Positions 19,247-29,262 of a DNA stretch of 64,000 bases are shown piece after piece. The position numbers and the translations under genes were made by a program. Origin of the DNA: an uncultured Gammaproteobacteria bacterium (GTDB lineage: Bacteria > Patescibacteriota > Patescibacteriia > Magasanikbacterales > GWA2-37-8). The DNA is taken from positions 3,781 to 67,780 of the forward strand of contig CAZECR010000001.1 of assembly GCA_964510495.1 (NCBI GenBank). Direction: 5' to 3'. Each line of letters opens with the position of its first letter. Position 1 is the stretch's first letter. Under the pieces are notes generated by a model. The model saw only the letters and a program-made list of their open reading frames with translations. It did no database searches and was not told the origin of the DNA.

Positions 19247-20989
19247 ATGCATAAAGAAGAACTCGACCACCTTCGTCATTCAGCGGCGCACCTTTTGGCT
19301 GCTGCAGTTTTAGAATTATGGCCTAAGGCTAAGCGTACTATTGGTCCGGCGATTGAAAACGGTTTTTATTATGATTTTGATTTCGGCGCTGAAAAAATTG
19401 TCGAAGAAGATTTAATTCGTCTCGAAGAAAAAATGCATGCGCTTGCGCCGACCTGGAAAGGGTTTGAACGTAAAGAAGTAAGTGCTGCAGAAGCGAAAGA
19501 GTTTTATAAAGATAATGAGTATAAACAAGAATTAATTAATGAATTTGCAGGTGAGGGGCAGACATTAACATTCTATACCTCGGGAAACTATGCTGATTTG
19601 TGTCGTGGGGGACATAGTGAAAATCCCAGCCGTGATTTGCAGCATTTTAAATTGCTATCGATCGCTGGAGCTTATTGGCGAGGGGACGAAAAAAATAAAA
19701 TGCTAACCCGTATTTATGGTACGGCCTGGCCAACTCAAGAGGAATTAACTGAGCATCTTAATCGTTTGGAAGAAGCAAAAAAGCGTGATCACCGTAAACT
19801 CGGTAAAGAGCTCGACCTGTTTGTTTTTTCAGATTTAATTGGTCCTGGTATGCCACTGTATACCCCGCGAGGGACAGCGGTCCGCAGTGAAATTATTCGT
19901 TTTTCACGCGAGCTTAATAGTCAGATTGGTTTCGAAGAAGTGCATACTCCCAATGTAAACAAAGCAGAACTCTTTAAGATTTCAGGTCACTATGACAAGT
20001 ACAAAGACGATATGTTTCGTGTTGTATCGCATTATTCTGAAGAAGAATTTTATCTGAAACCGATGAACTGCCCGCAGCACACTCAGATCTATGCTTCTAA
20101 AATGCGTAGCTACAAGGACCTGCCGCTTCGCTTCGCCGATTTTGCGAATTTGTATCGTGATGAACGACCAGGTGAATTATCGGGTCTTACGCGCTTACGT
20201 TGTTTCTCGCAGGATGATGGGCATTGTTTTTGTCGTGAAGACCAGATCGAAACTGAATTTAATGCTGTGCTCGGAGCAATCACCAAAGCGTTAACTACGT
20301 ATGGTCTTAAGTATTCTATTCGTTTGTCGCTCCGTGATCCTCATCAAAAAGAAAAGTATCTGGGTGATGATGCTACTTGGGAAAAGGCCCAGACAACCCT
20401 TACCAAACTTTTGGAAGAAAATAAGATTGATTTCCAAGCGGTAGAAGGGGAGGCGGCTTTCTATGGACCAAAAATGGATATTATGGCGACTGATTCGCTG
20501 GGTCGTGAATGGCAAGTTTCAACAGTACAGCTTGATCTTAATATGGCAGTGCGTTTTGACTTAACGTATGTAGACAGCGACGGTAGTCAGAAACACCCGG
20601 TTATGATTCACCGCGCTCTTATTGGTTCGCCAGAACGTTTTATGGGTATTTTGATCGAACATTATGGTGGTGCTTTTCCGCTCTGGCTAGCTCCAGTTCA
20701 ATTGGCGATTGTACCTGTTTCCTCTAAACACATCGAAGCAGCTAAAGCGTGTGCTCAAATATTTAAAGATTCTGGTATTAGAGTATCTGTCGATGAAGCC
20801 GATGAAACAGTTGGTAAAAAAGTTCGTACTAGCGCTGGACAAAAGAATCCTTACATTGTCGTTGTCGGTGACCGAGAAGCGGCGGGTGAAATCTGGACGA
20901 TTCGGGTCCGTGGGCAAGAAGAACAACTTAAAATGATGCAAGAAGATTTCAAACAGAAGCTTCTTCAAGAAATAGCTGCTCGTAGTTAA
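19247..20989 (+). CDS. thrS: Threonine--tRNA ligase (short form lacking the N-terminal TGS domain)
   Basis: 580 aa. HSAAHLLAAAV, class II motifs, and the anticodon-binding domain. Confidence 0.9.
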   Translation: MHKEELDHLRHSAAHLLAAAVLELWPKAKRTIGPAIENGFYYDFDFGAEKIVEEDLIRLEEKMHALAPTWKGFERKEVSAAEAKEFYKDNEYKQELINEFAGEGQTLTFYTSGNYADLCRGGHSENPSRDLQHFKLLSIAGAYWRGDEKNKMLTRIYGTAWPTQEELTEHLNRLEEAKKRDHRKLGKELDLFVFSDLIGPGMPLYTPRGTAVRSEIIRFSRELNSQIGFEEVHTPNVNKAELFKISGHYDKYKDDMFRVVSHYSEEEFYLKPMNCPQHTQIYASKMRSYKDLPLRFADFANLYRDERPGELSGLTRLRCFSQDDGHCFCREDQIETEFNAVLGAITKALTTYGLKYSIRLSLRDPHQKEKYLGDDATWEKAQTTLTKLLEENKIDFQAVEGEAAFYGPKMDIMATDSLGREWQVSTVQLDLNMAVRFDLTYVDSDGSQKHPVMIHRALIGSPERFMGILIEHYGGAFPLWLAPVQLAIVPVSSKHIEAAKACAQIFKDSGIRVSVDEADETVGKKVRTSAGQKNPYIVVVGDREAAGEIWTIRVRGQEEQLKMMQEDFKQKLLQEIAARS

Positions 20990-21017
20990 TTTCTAGGCTC
21001 TAACAGTTGCGACGTTT

Positions 21018-21962
21018 ATGGCAATTGAAAAATTACCGAAAATTATTGCACTTGCCGGTCCGACCGCTTCCGGAAAAACAGATCTTGGCATTCAACTTGC
21101 CAAGCGGTTTAATGGTGAAATTATTTCGGCTGATTCGCGTCAGATATATAAAAAAATGACGATCGCAACCGGTAAGCCCTTAGGGGTGTGGCAGGAGGTG
21201 GACGGAACATCCGCGTACGTGGTAGAAGGCGTGCCACATTACTTGATGGACTTGATTGACCCGGGGGAAGAATTTACACTTGCGCAGTTTAAAGAATCGG
21301 CACTGAGTGCGATTCGTCATATATTTCAGCGTGGCAAAGTCCCTCTTATCGTTGGTGGAACTGGGCTCTATTTGTGGTCACTCATCGATAATTTATCCCT
21401 CCCACCCGTTGCGCCAAATAAAAAATTACGTGATGGACTAGAAGGCAAAAGCTTGGTTGAGCTCGTTGAGCTCCTCCGTAATATAGATCCTAAATCCGCC
21501 CTTAAAGTTGACCTAAAAAATCAGCAGCGGGTTATCCGTGCTTTAGAAGTGGCAATTTTGACCGGTAATTCTTTTACCGAGCAGCAACTAAAGGGGGATC
21601 CTCTATTTGAGGTGCTGCAGCTTGGAATACGGCGCCCGCAGGGCGAGCTCAACGAACGCATTAATGAACGTATTAAGCGTCAATTTGAAGACGGTATTAT
21701 TGAAGAAACTAAAGATTTAATCAGGCAGCATTACCAGTGGAATTTATCCAGTATGAAGGGTATTGGTTACAAAGAAATTGATCATTATTTGCGCGGGGAA
21801 CTCAGTCTCAAAGAAGTGCGGGAGAAAATTCAAGGAGCAACACGCCGGTATGCCAAACGACAACTAACGTGGTTTAAGCGCGATGATCGAATTATGTGGC
21901 TGCCGCCTGAAAATTTTGACGCGGCAGCCAGATTAATTAGTGATTTTTTAGCTGAAGAGTAA
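21018..21962 (+). CDS. miaA: tRNA dimethylallyltransferase
   Basis: P-loop GPTASGKT and ...ISADSRQIYKKMTIATGKP... Confidence 0.9.
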   Translation: MAIEKLPKIIALAGPTASGKTDLGIQLAKRFNGEIISADSRQIYKKMTIATGKPLGVWQEVDGTSAYVVEGVPHYLMDLIDPGEEFTLAQFKESALSAIRHIFQRGKVPLIVGGTGLYLWSLIDNLSLPPVAPNKKLRDGLEGKSLVELVELLRNIDPKSALKVDLKNQQRVIRALEVAILTGNSFTEQQLKGDPLFEVLQLGIRRPQGELNERINERIKRQFEDGIIEETKDLIRQHYQWNLSSMKGIGYKEIDHYLRGELSLKEVREKIQGATRRYAKRQLTWFKRDDRIMWLPPENFDAAARLISDFLAEE

Positions 21963-21968
21963 TTATTT

Positions 21969-23870
21969 CTATTGTGCTTTCAGCGGAATCTCATTGCCCG
22001 TAAGCTGAAGTGTTTCTCCGGTAACGGTGTCTTCGGCGGTGATAGTCACTTTTGAAATTAAAGTATTTTGAGTAGGGTTTTTGCTACCCAGTGTTACGGT
22101 AAAGGGCCAGGCCAATACATCGACGCTCTCCGGCATCTCTGGAATAGTCCAGGTAAGTTTTTTGGTAGTGGTGTCAAAAGTCGCAGTTCCAGCTGGAACA
22201 GTAGAAGTGCTTATTGCTCCAACACTGCCAAAAACTGTTGCGCTGAGGACTATGTTTTTGAGCGGATGGACAGTGTTATTGATAATCCAATTAATAGCGT
22301 GCTCCTCCTGTCCGCCTTGGGTGGTCGAGGTGTCGCGAGCTTCAAAACTAAGATCGGAGTTTATGGTTACATTGATGGGAGAAGCCGAGGCAGTTTTTTG
22401 AGCTCCGCTTACATCCGTGTAAAGTACCGTAGCTAAACTAGTGATTTTGGATTCAGTAAAGTTTTTGAGATCAATATCGTCATTAGTTTTGAGGGGAAGT
22501 TGGATGTCGATATTTAATTCCTGCCCAGCCTTAAGCGTGGCAAGTTCTGGTATTTTTTTCTTAGTCCAGCTAATTTGGCCGTGGCGGAGTGCCTCACTAA
22601 TTTGTTCTCCTTTTATGTCGCCGTCGTATTTGTCAGTAATTGCGGACCATTTAAGAATACTTTGGTTTTTATACGATGGCCCATCTATAGCAAGAAGCGC
22701 AGAAACATCTTTAATATCGCTGGTGCTGGTATTCTTAATACGCACGGTAAAGTTAAGTGTGTTACCGGGTGTTACAGACTGATTATCGAGCTTGCCGTTT
22801 ATAGCAACGCTTACCAGCGTGCCAGTTTTTACAATAGTGCTTTCGACACCACTATCAACAATTTTATACAGCTCTCCTGTTCCAGGAGTTACGATAGAAA
22901 GATTCGCCCTGATTGGGAAAGTACCACCTTCTTCATCGTTCAAGGTGCCTCGAATAACAAATGTGCGTGGTGATGCATTTGTTAGGGTCGAGGAAGCAGT
23001 ATTTTTAATTATCCACTGCTTACCATCACTCAGTGCAGGAGTTGTGGAAGCGATGGCAAAATTCGCTGGTAAGACAGGGGTTAGACGCAATTCAGAAAAA
23101 CCGGCAGAAGTATTGTTTTTAACAACAAATGTAAATTCAGTTTGACTACCAGGGCTAATTTTATCAGCTGCTTGGATAGCAACCGTAAAAGGCGAATTGG
23201 TTACGGTGGTTACCATATCAGCTGTTTTTTGAAGTGTTGAGTTGATATTTTTAGGCTGGTATTTAAGTGAGAGTCGGAGTGAGCCTGCTTGATTGATCGC
23301 CCCGTACGTTACCCCCGTGATAGTGATAGTGCCTTCGCTGTTAGCCGGAATCGTACCAATTGCTGCCTCATTATGAGTAGCATTACCCAGTGTGACAGAG
23401 CTGCTATTGTAAATAAAGCCAGCCGGGTACCAAATGTCAAGAGTGGCATTTGTGATGTCGGTATCCTGATTATTAGTATAGGTAATTTTATAGGTCGTTG
23501 TGGCACCGAGAGTAACCGCATCAGGTCCTTCGATGCTGAGAGAAACTTGGTTGTCCTGGCCTCTTCCACTATTTGGTACTACAAAAAAGCCGATCCATGC
23601 GGCAAACGCCATGAGCGAGCCGATTATTAAAACAACCATAATGAAACCAAGCACAGGATGCCTTTTTTTGATATCAATTTTTTTCATATCAGGCATGCGA
23701 CCGTTTTCATTTTGGTAAATAGAAGCAAGGCCGCTATCAATCCTTTGTTCAGCTTCGCTTGGAAGTGCTTTTTTGCGCGATACTAATTTTTTAGTACGCA
23801 ACTGGGGTTTTTTGCGTGGTGTCGTTTCTTCTTCGGGTGATTGGTCGTCAATTTCGTGAGGCATAAGCAA
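21969..23870 (-). CDS. Large cell-surface protein with repeated beta-rich (DUF11-like) domains; N-terminal cytoplasmic tail plus one TM
   Basis: 633 aa. TM segment VLGFIMVVLIIGSLMAFAAWIGFFV. Repeated TVT..N.G / TLNFTV / FTFVVKN motifs are typical of conserved-repeat-domain surface proteins. Confidence 0.55.
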   Translation of the reverse strand: MLMPHEIDDQSPEEETTPRKKPQLRTKKLVSRKKALPSEAEQRIDSGLASIYQNENGRMPDMKKIDIKKRHPVLGFIMVVLIIGSLMAFAAWIGFFVVPNSGRGQDNQVSLSIEGPDAVTLGATTTYKITYTNNQDTDITNATLDIWYPAGFIYNSSSVTLGNATHNEAAIGTIPANSEGTITITGVTYGAINQAGSLRLSLKYQPKNINSTLQKTADMVTTVTNSPFTVAIQAADKISPGSQTEFTFVVKNNTSAGFSELRLTPVLPANFAIASTTPALSDGKQWIIKNTASSTLTNASPRTFVIRGTLNDEEGGTFPIRANLSIVTPGTGELYKIVDSGVESTIVKTGTLVSVAINGKLDNQSVTPGNTLNFTVRIKNTSTSDIKDVSALLAIDGPSYKNQSILKWSAITDKYDGDIKGEQISEALRHGQISWTKKKIPELATLKAGQELNIDIQLPLKTNDDIDLKNFTESKITSLATVLYTDVSGAQKTASASPINVTINSDLSFEARDTSTTQGGQEEHAINWIINNTVHPLKNIVLSATVFGSVGAISTSTVPAGTATFDTTTKKLTWTIPEMPESVDVLAWPFTVTLGSKNPTQNTLISKVTITAEDTVTGETLQLTGNEIPLKAQ

Positions 23871-23908
23871 AGAAAAAAAATCAAAAATACTTCAGTGTAT
23901 AAAATTGT

Positions 23909-26545
23909 TTAGTGGTTTTTACTCATAATAATACTCCAAATAGTATCGGTGGTAAGATTCGGGACAGTAATCTCGGCACCGTTCGTAGCCAAGTTTACTT
24001 CATCGCCACTTTTCCAGATTGGGTTCCAATCATTTGGGAAAATAATTTGGCTCGTGAATGAACTGATTGAACCGGATTGTCGTTGTACTACCAGGCTATA
24101 GTCTGCAATCGGAGCCTTGGGTGAAATAAGTTTAACTAAGAAATTACGAGTATCACCATCTGCTTTGGTAACAACCTTAAAAGGTAGACGATAGGTAAAT
24201 TGTACCTGGCTTGTTTGTCCAGCAGGAGTAATAACCCAATTACCAAAGGAGGTTTTGTTGAATTCGTTAATGACGTGGGTGCCGGAAGCGGAGTCAATAC
24301 TAACCAATTTTTCTTGTTCAGTTAAAAAACCATCTTTTTTGTACCAGCTTTCCGGAGCTCTGAAACTGGTGTCATCGGGCCAAGTAAAACCACCTGCCGA
24401 AAGCAGTGTACTTCCCTCAGGAACATACACGCGTAAATAATCGGTATTGGGCGCTCCATATAATTTTTCAGTAGCGTCCCCTTGGTGTGTGCGAGTAATA
24501 GTAACAGTGTCAACGACAGATCCGTCATCTTCGACAAGCGCTTGGTGCGTGATGGTTTGTTTAATTTCGGCATCACTTTTTTGACCTTGAATATTCGTGT
24601 TTACCACCATGAGATAATCTTGACCGTCATGCGTGGCGGTAATGTGACCGCCCCAGCCAAATGAAGTGATGCTTGCTTCGGTAGCCTTATCAGTAAAGTA
24701 GGCTTGAATGTCTTTTTCGTTAAGTGATTCGTGAATATTTTTGAGGAGTCCAAGCATGTTTGCTGAACTAAGTGTGCTGAGGCGGCTAATCAGTGTTGGG
24801 GCCAGGTCACTGAGAATCTGTTTTGGTTTATTAAGTTTTTTTTCAGGACCTTCTTCAACTACCTGTTGAATTGTCGTGAGTGCATTGTCTGCGGTAAGCG
24901 TGAGGCCGCGTTCGTCGTCAACAACGGGTCCAACAAGGTTAAGTAGTTTTTCAAGCACGGTCGCATTGACAGCGATAACGCCATCGAGGGTTACACCGCG
25001 ACTGTGGCGGTAAAACCAGAGCATTTTTTCACTGCTTGCACTAAAATCCGGAAACCAATTGGCATCTTGGAATTCCCAGCGTTTGTTGGTGAGGAGTAGT
25101 GGAGTAGGTGGTTCAACGAATTGATCAAGCTGCCCTTGAAGGTCATAGCTCCCTCCGGGAGGAATATCGAATTTGATAATCTGACCGTTTTTCACTTCAA
25201 CTATTGCAAAACTACCCAAAAAACCACCTGTCGGCCGAATTTCGGCCGGATTTTGAAAGGCGATAAGGTAGCGGCGTAAACCTTCTCCGCCAAATATTTC
25301 ATTAATAGGTTCTTCTAAACTGTTGATATTTTTGAGGTCATGTACAGTGGCAGCAAAAAGTGTTCGGAAATTGCTGAAAGTGTCTTGGTATTCGTTTGGT
25401 AAAACGCTCGGGTCTACTTGGTTTAAGTTTTCGACCGCATTTTCGTAATTAGGCAAGGCAGGTTTGAGCCCTTGTAAGAGTAGATTAATTTTAGTAAGTG
25501 GGGTAGTGCTCGCAGTGCCGGCGGCGGTAACGCTCGCGAGGAGGTAGCTGTTCCCAACGGTAATTTGTTGTCCGGCAATAAGTAATTTTTGGCGGCTGGT
25601 AATTTGATCGCTCACAACCGGAATGGCGCTAACAATTGTTTCAAGCCACTGGTATTTTTGAAGTGTAGTTATAGCTGCGTCAAAGTGAGTGAGGGCGGTT
25701 TGCGTGGAATCGGTTGCGTCAATTAGGTTGGAAGCGAGGAGTTGGTGGGTTGAATCTTCGAGCGCTTTAAAACCGGCTGTGCTATTTTCAACCACGGCTA
25801 CTTTATTTTTTTGAAGCTCGACGTAATAACTGCGAGCCGGCAAGGGGATGATGCCGAGCAGTGTGATGATAAGCAGGGTAAAGGCCGTTGCCCGTTTGCT
25901 GGGTCCGTGGAGTACTAACTCGCGAGCGCTCCTCGCACAGTGGAGCGCTTTCTCTTCGAGTGTTCTGGTAAGGGCGATAATTTTTTGATCATACGTATTT
26001 TGCCAGCTGGAAATTCGTTCACGAAGTGGAAGCTTGTTTTTGGAAGGACTAACTTTTTTGATACGAAGAGTGGTTGTTTTTTTGATTTCAACGACAGGGG
26101 TGTGTGGACTTGGCACAGAGACTTCATTCAGCGCTCGGGATAACCCCGGCAGTGCGGCAGCGGGAGGAAATTTCAAGAGGCGTTTAGCGCTCGTGGCAAT
26201 AGCCTCTAATTTAAGAACCTCGACTCGTGAAGCCGGTGTTTCAGACTGAAGGGTTTTTTCTTGACGATAATGGTAGTTTGGGTTAGAAGATTTTTTGGGA
26301 GAGGCTGCTTCAATATGGTCCCAAAGCGATGAAGATTGTCGTTTTAGATTAATAATATGGGGCGATGCTGGTGGTTCGGTGGTTACATGGTGAACAAAAA
26401 AATGTACCTGAGTAGGAGCAGGAGCGTTTTCGGTTTTTTGCGGAGCGCGGCGGGTGTGTAATGAAGGACACGTAGACTTGTTGTGTCCAACTTTGGTACA
26501 CAGACCGCAGCGGCGTAGCTGAAGATGTTTGCTTTTTTTAGGCAT
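23909..26545 (-). CDS. Very large membrane-anchored protein: N-terminal CCHC zinc-knuckle-like motif, one TM, ~640-aa extracytoplasmic domain
   Basis: 878 aa. N-terminal C-G-L-C-x4-H-x4-C, TM segment FTLLIITLLGIIPLPA, then a large domain. It lies 39 bp upstream of the DUF11-like gene on the same strand. Confidence 0.55.
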   Translation of the reverse strand: MPKKSKHLQLRRCGLCTKVGHNKSTCPSLHTRRAPQKTENAPAPTQVHFFVHHVTTEPPASPHIINLKRQSSSLWDHIEAASPKKSSNPNYHYRQEKTLQSETPASRVEVLKLEAIATSAKRLLKFPPAAALPGLSRALNEVSVPSPHTPVVEIKKTTTLRIKKVSPSKNKLPLRERISSWQNTYDQKIIALTRTLEEKALHCARSARELVLHGPSKRATAFTLLIITLLGIIPLPARSYYVELQKNKVAVVENSTAGFKALEDSTHQLLASNLIDATDSTQTALTHFDAAITTLQKYQWLETIVSAIPVVSDQITSRQKLLIAGQQITVGNSYLLASVTAAGTASTTPLTKINLLLQGLKPALPNYENAVENLNQVDPSVLPNEYQDTFSNFRTLFAATVHDLKNINSLEEPINEIFGGEGLRRYLIAFQNPAEIRPTGGFLGSFAIVEVKNGQIIKFDIPPGGSYDLQGQLDQFVEPPTPLLLTNKRWEFQDANWFPDFSASSEKMLWFYRHSRGVTLDGVIAVNATVLEKLLNLVGPVVDDERGLTLTADNALTTIQQVVEEGPEKKLNKPKQILSDLAPTLISRLSTLSSANMLGLLKNIHESLNEKDIQAYFTDKATEASITSFGWGGHITATHDGQDYLMVVNTNIQGQKSDAEIKQTITHQALVEDDGSVVDTVTITRTHQGDATEKLYGAPNTDYLRVYVPEGSTLLSAGGFTWPDDTSFRAPESWYKKDGFLTEQEKLVSIDSASGTHVINEFNKTSFGNWVITPAGQTSQVQFTYRLPFKVVTKADGDTRNFLVKLISPKAPIADYSLVVQRQSGSISSFTSQIIFPNDWNPIWKSGDEVNLATNGAEITVPNLTTDTIWSIIMSKNH

Positions 26546-26793
26546 GCCAAGTAACTAGAAAATCTAGACTGTAGTATACACTATTTTCAAGTCTTTCCCT
26601 AGCTAAAAATGGCTTATTTATCCACTGCTCGTTCTATGGAAGGTGAATACATTACTTGAAGTAAATTGTGCGTAGTTTGGGTGTCTAAAATTTTTAAAAA
26701 ATATCATGAACACTATTCGTATCCACCCTTTTTTGATCAACGATTGATCTTTTAGCTCTTTTGGCATATACTTACCGAATCTAATTTCTTCTT

Positions 26794-28005
26794 ATGCCGT
26801 ATCTTAGCCAAATTTTGGGAAGCCGTATAGAAGACGGTGCTGACAAATACGTTGGAAAATTAGCCGATCTTGTTGTTAGGCCTGCAGCAGGAGCCTATGC
26901 TTCTTTATTATTTTTGGCCGTTAAACAACCTGGAATAAAACAGTGTCGGTTTATTCCGTACAGTCATGTTGAAAACATGAGTCGGAGCCAGATTGACCTC
27001 AAAAGTTTGCAGGAAAAAATTCCAGCAGTAATGGCTCAAGATGATTGGGTGTATTTATCACGCGATGTTTTGGATCAGCAAATTGTTGACGTTGCTGGGG
27101 CACGTGTGGTTAGGGTCAACGACCTTAGAATAGGCCTCTTTGAAAATCAAATGTCTATTCTTGGTATTGATATTAGTTTTAAAGGATTGTTGCGACGTTT
27201 AGGTTTATCGTGGTTTGATTTCGGTGATTGGTTTAAGGTTAATTTAATTGATTGGCGTAAAACACAGCTCGTGAAAGGAGCTGTAAAATTAAGTACTGTT
27301 TCCAGCGAGCTAACAAGGTTGCACCCAGCAGATTTAGCCAATATTATTGAAGACTTGAGCATTAAGCAAGGTAGTACGCTTGTTGAATCGTTGGACGAAG
27401 CAACGGCGGCAAAAGTTATGGAAGAGATTGATCCTGAGTTGCAAAAGGCGCTGGTGCAGCGCCTCAGCCGCGAAGAGGCAGTTAAAATTATCGGTCAAAT
27501 GTCAATTGATGAAGTTGTTGACCTCTTAAAAATCTTACCCAAGGAGGACGCTCGGGTTTTTATCTCGCAGTTAAAGAATGTAAATCTTAAAAAGATTGAG
27601 AATTTAATTGAATACGAAGACGATACTGCCGGAGGTCTCATGACAACTGAATTTGTGACGGCAGCCATGGAGTGGAATGTTGAGCAGGCTATGGCAGAAG
27701 TGCGCCGCATGTCACCGCAGTTACGATCAATTTTGTATGTGTATGTAGTTGATGCGGAAGGATTCTTTAAAGGTGCTCTATCGCTCCGTCGTCTGCTCGT
27801 TGCTGAAAAAGAGACGGCCTTGCAAGATTTGGTTCAGGAATTCTCGGCTCAAGTAACCCTGCAATTAGACGATGAAATTAACCAGATAATTACTATTATG
27901 ACTAAGTACGACTTGTATTTTGCAGGCGTGCTTGATAAACGCGGAAAGTTACTTGGCGTCGTTTCGATTGATGACGTGATGCGTCAAATCGCACCTAAAG
28001 CCTAA
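26794..28005 (+). CDS. Soluble PRC-barrel/MgtE-N/CBS-pair domain protein (MgtE cytosolic sensor-like, no transporter domain)
   Basis: 403 aa. MgtE_N-like segment DLANIIEDLS...AKVMEEIDPELQ and two CBS-like repeats. There are no TM segments. Confidence 0.65.
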   Translation: MPYLSQILGSRIEDGADKYVGKLADLVVRPAAGAYASLLFLAVKQPGIKQCRFIPYSHVENMSRSQIDLKSLQEKIPAVMAQDDWVYLSRDVLDQQIVDVAGARVVRVNDLRIGLFENQMSILGIDISFKGLLRRLGLSWFDFGDWFKVNLIDWRKTQLVKGAVKLSTVSSELTRLHPADLANIIEDLSIKQGSTLVESLDEATAAKVMEEIDPELQKALVQRLSREEAVKIIGQMSIDEVVDLLKILPKEDARVFISQLKNVNLKKIENLIEYEDDTAGGLMTTEFVTAAMEWNVEQAMAEVRRMSPQLRSILYVYVVDAEGFFKGALSLRRLLVAEKETALQDLVQEFSAQVTLQLDDEINQIITIMTKYDLYFAGVLDKRGKLLGVVSIDDVMRQIAPKA

Positions 28006-28008
28006 GGT

Positions 28009-29256
28009 ATGAAAAAAAGAATAAAAATGTTGTTTGCCAAAATTGCGGCCGTGTTTGCAGTTATTGGGCCAGGTATTATTGCGGCCAATGCCGATAATGA
28101 CGCTGGAGGTATTACTACCTACTCAGTAGTGGGCGCCCAGTTTGGTTTTAAGATGCTGTGGGTTTTATTTTTGTTGACCTTTGCGCTTGCGATTACCCAA
28201 GAAATGGGTGCGCGTATCGGACTTGTGACCCGGCAAGGTCTCGGTGGCGTCATTCGTGAAAACTTTGGTGTAAAGCTGACCGTGTTTGCGATGGTGGCTA
28301 TGCTTATTGCCAATATTGGGACAACAACGGCTGAATTTGCGGGTGTCGCTGCTTCGTTTTCGTTGTTTGGTGTTAGTAAATATATTGCGGTACCTGTTAT
28401 TGCCGTGCTCATTTGGATTATTTTATTCAAAGGCTCGTTCAAAACAACCCAAAAATTATTTTTAATTTTTTCGCTCCTCTACGTGGTGTATATTATTAAC
28501 GGGTTCATAATTCAGCCCGATTTTCACGCTGCTTTTCAGGCTATGGTACACCCGACACTCGAGTGGAATACGACCTATTTAATAACTGTTATCGCACTTA
28601 TTGGTACCACAATTACGCCGTGGGGGCAGTTTTTTATCCAGTCTTACGTTGTTGATAAGGGGCTTGATATAAAACACCTTAAGACCGAAAAAAAAGAAGT
28701 GTACTTTGGAGCGCTGCTTACCAATATTGTTAGTTTTTTTATTATCGTCAGTACCGCTGCTACGCTGTATAAATATGGTATTCATGTGACCGATGCAAGT
28801 GAAGCCGCCGCCGCTCTGCGTCCGCTGGCCGGAAATTTAGCTGAGCTCCTCTTTGGCGCCGGCCTCTTTGCTGCTTCGATGCTGGGGGCATTTATTCTAC
28901 CCGTTGCGACGGCGTATGCACTTTGCGAAGCGTTTGGGTGGGAGTCTGGTTTTGATACGAACTGGAAAACCGGGCGGATTTTTTATAGCATTATTTTATT
29001 CATGATTGCGGTGCCGAGTTTAATCGTATTAATCCCTGGCGTGTCGCTGGTTAAAGTCATGCTATTGTCGCAAGATATTAACGGAATACTTTTGCCGTTC
29101 ATTCTTATTTTTGTGATGAAAATTGTAAATAACAAGCGAGTGATGGGGGAGTATACGAATAAACCCCTTGGTAATATAATCGCCTGGATCACCATCGGGT
29201 CGCTCATTGCGGTAACGATCGCGCTCGTTGTTTCTTCTTTTTTGGGGTATACTTAA
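28009..29256 (+). CDS. NRAMP-family divalent metal cation transporter
   Basis: 415 aa. NRAMP motif GPGIIAANADNDAGGITTYS and about 11 TM segments. The gap to the upstream gene is 4 bp. Confidence 0.85.
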   Translation: MKKRIKMLFAKIAAVFAVIGPGIIAANADNDAGGITTYSVVGAQFGFKMLWVLFLLTFALAITQEMGARIGLVTRQGLGGVIRENFGVKLTVFAMVAMLIANIGTTTAEFAGVAASFSLFGVSKYIAVPVIAVLIWIILFKGSFKTTQKLFLIFSLLYVVYIINGFIIQPDFHAAFQAMVHPTLEWNTTYLITVIALIGTTITPWGQFFIQSYVVDKGLDIKHLKTEKKEVYFGALLTNIVSFFIIVSTAATLYKYGIHVTDASEAAAALRPLAGNLAELLFGAGLFAASMLGAFILPVATAYALCEAFGWESGFDTNWKTGRIFYSIILFMIAVPSLIVLIPGVSLVKVMLLSQDINGILLPFILIFVMKIVNNKRVMGEYTNKPLGNIIAWITIGSLIAVTIALVVSSFLGYT

Positions 29257-29262
29257 GGGTAT

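Noticed and set aside
22068-23145. Several 100-130-aa (+) ORFs inside the DUF11-like gene
   Set aside because: All are antisense to a single 633-aa ORF with coherent repeat structure.
26546-26793. M-box or Mn (yybP-ykoY) riboswitch upstream of the metal-transport operon
   Set aside because: The leader is long enough, but I could not find the conserved M-box or yybP-ykoY sequence blocks. It is left as an unverified possibility inside the relevant finding.
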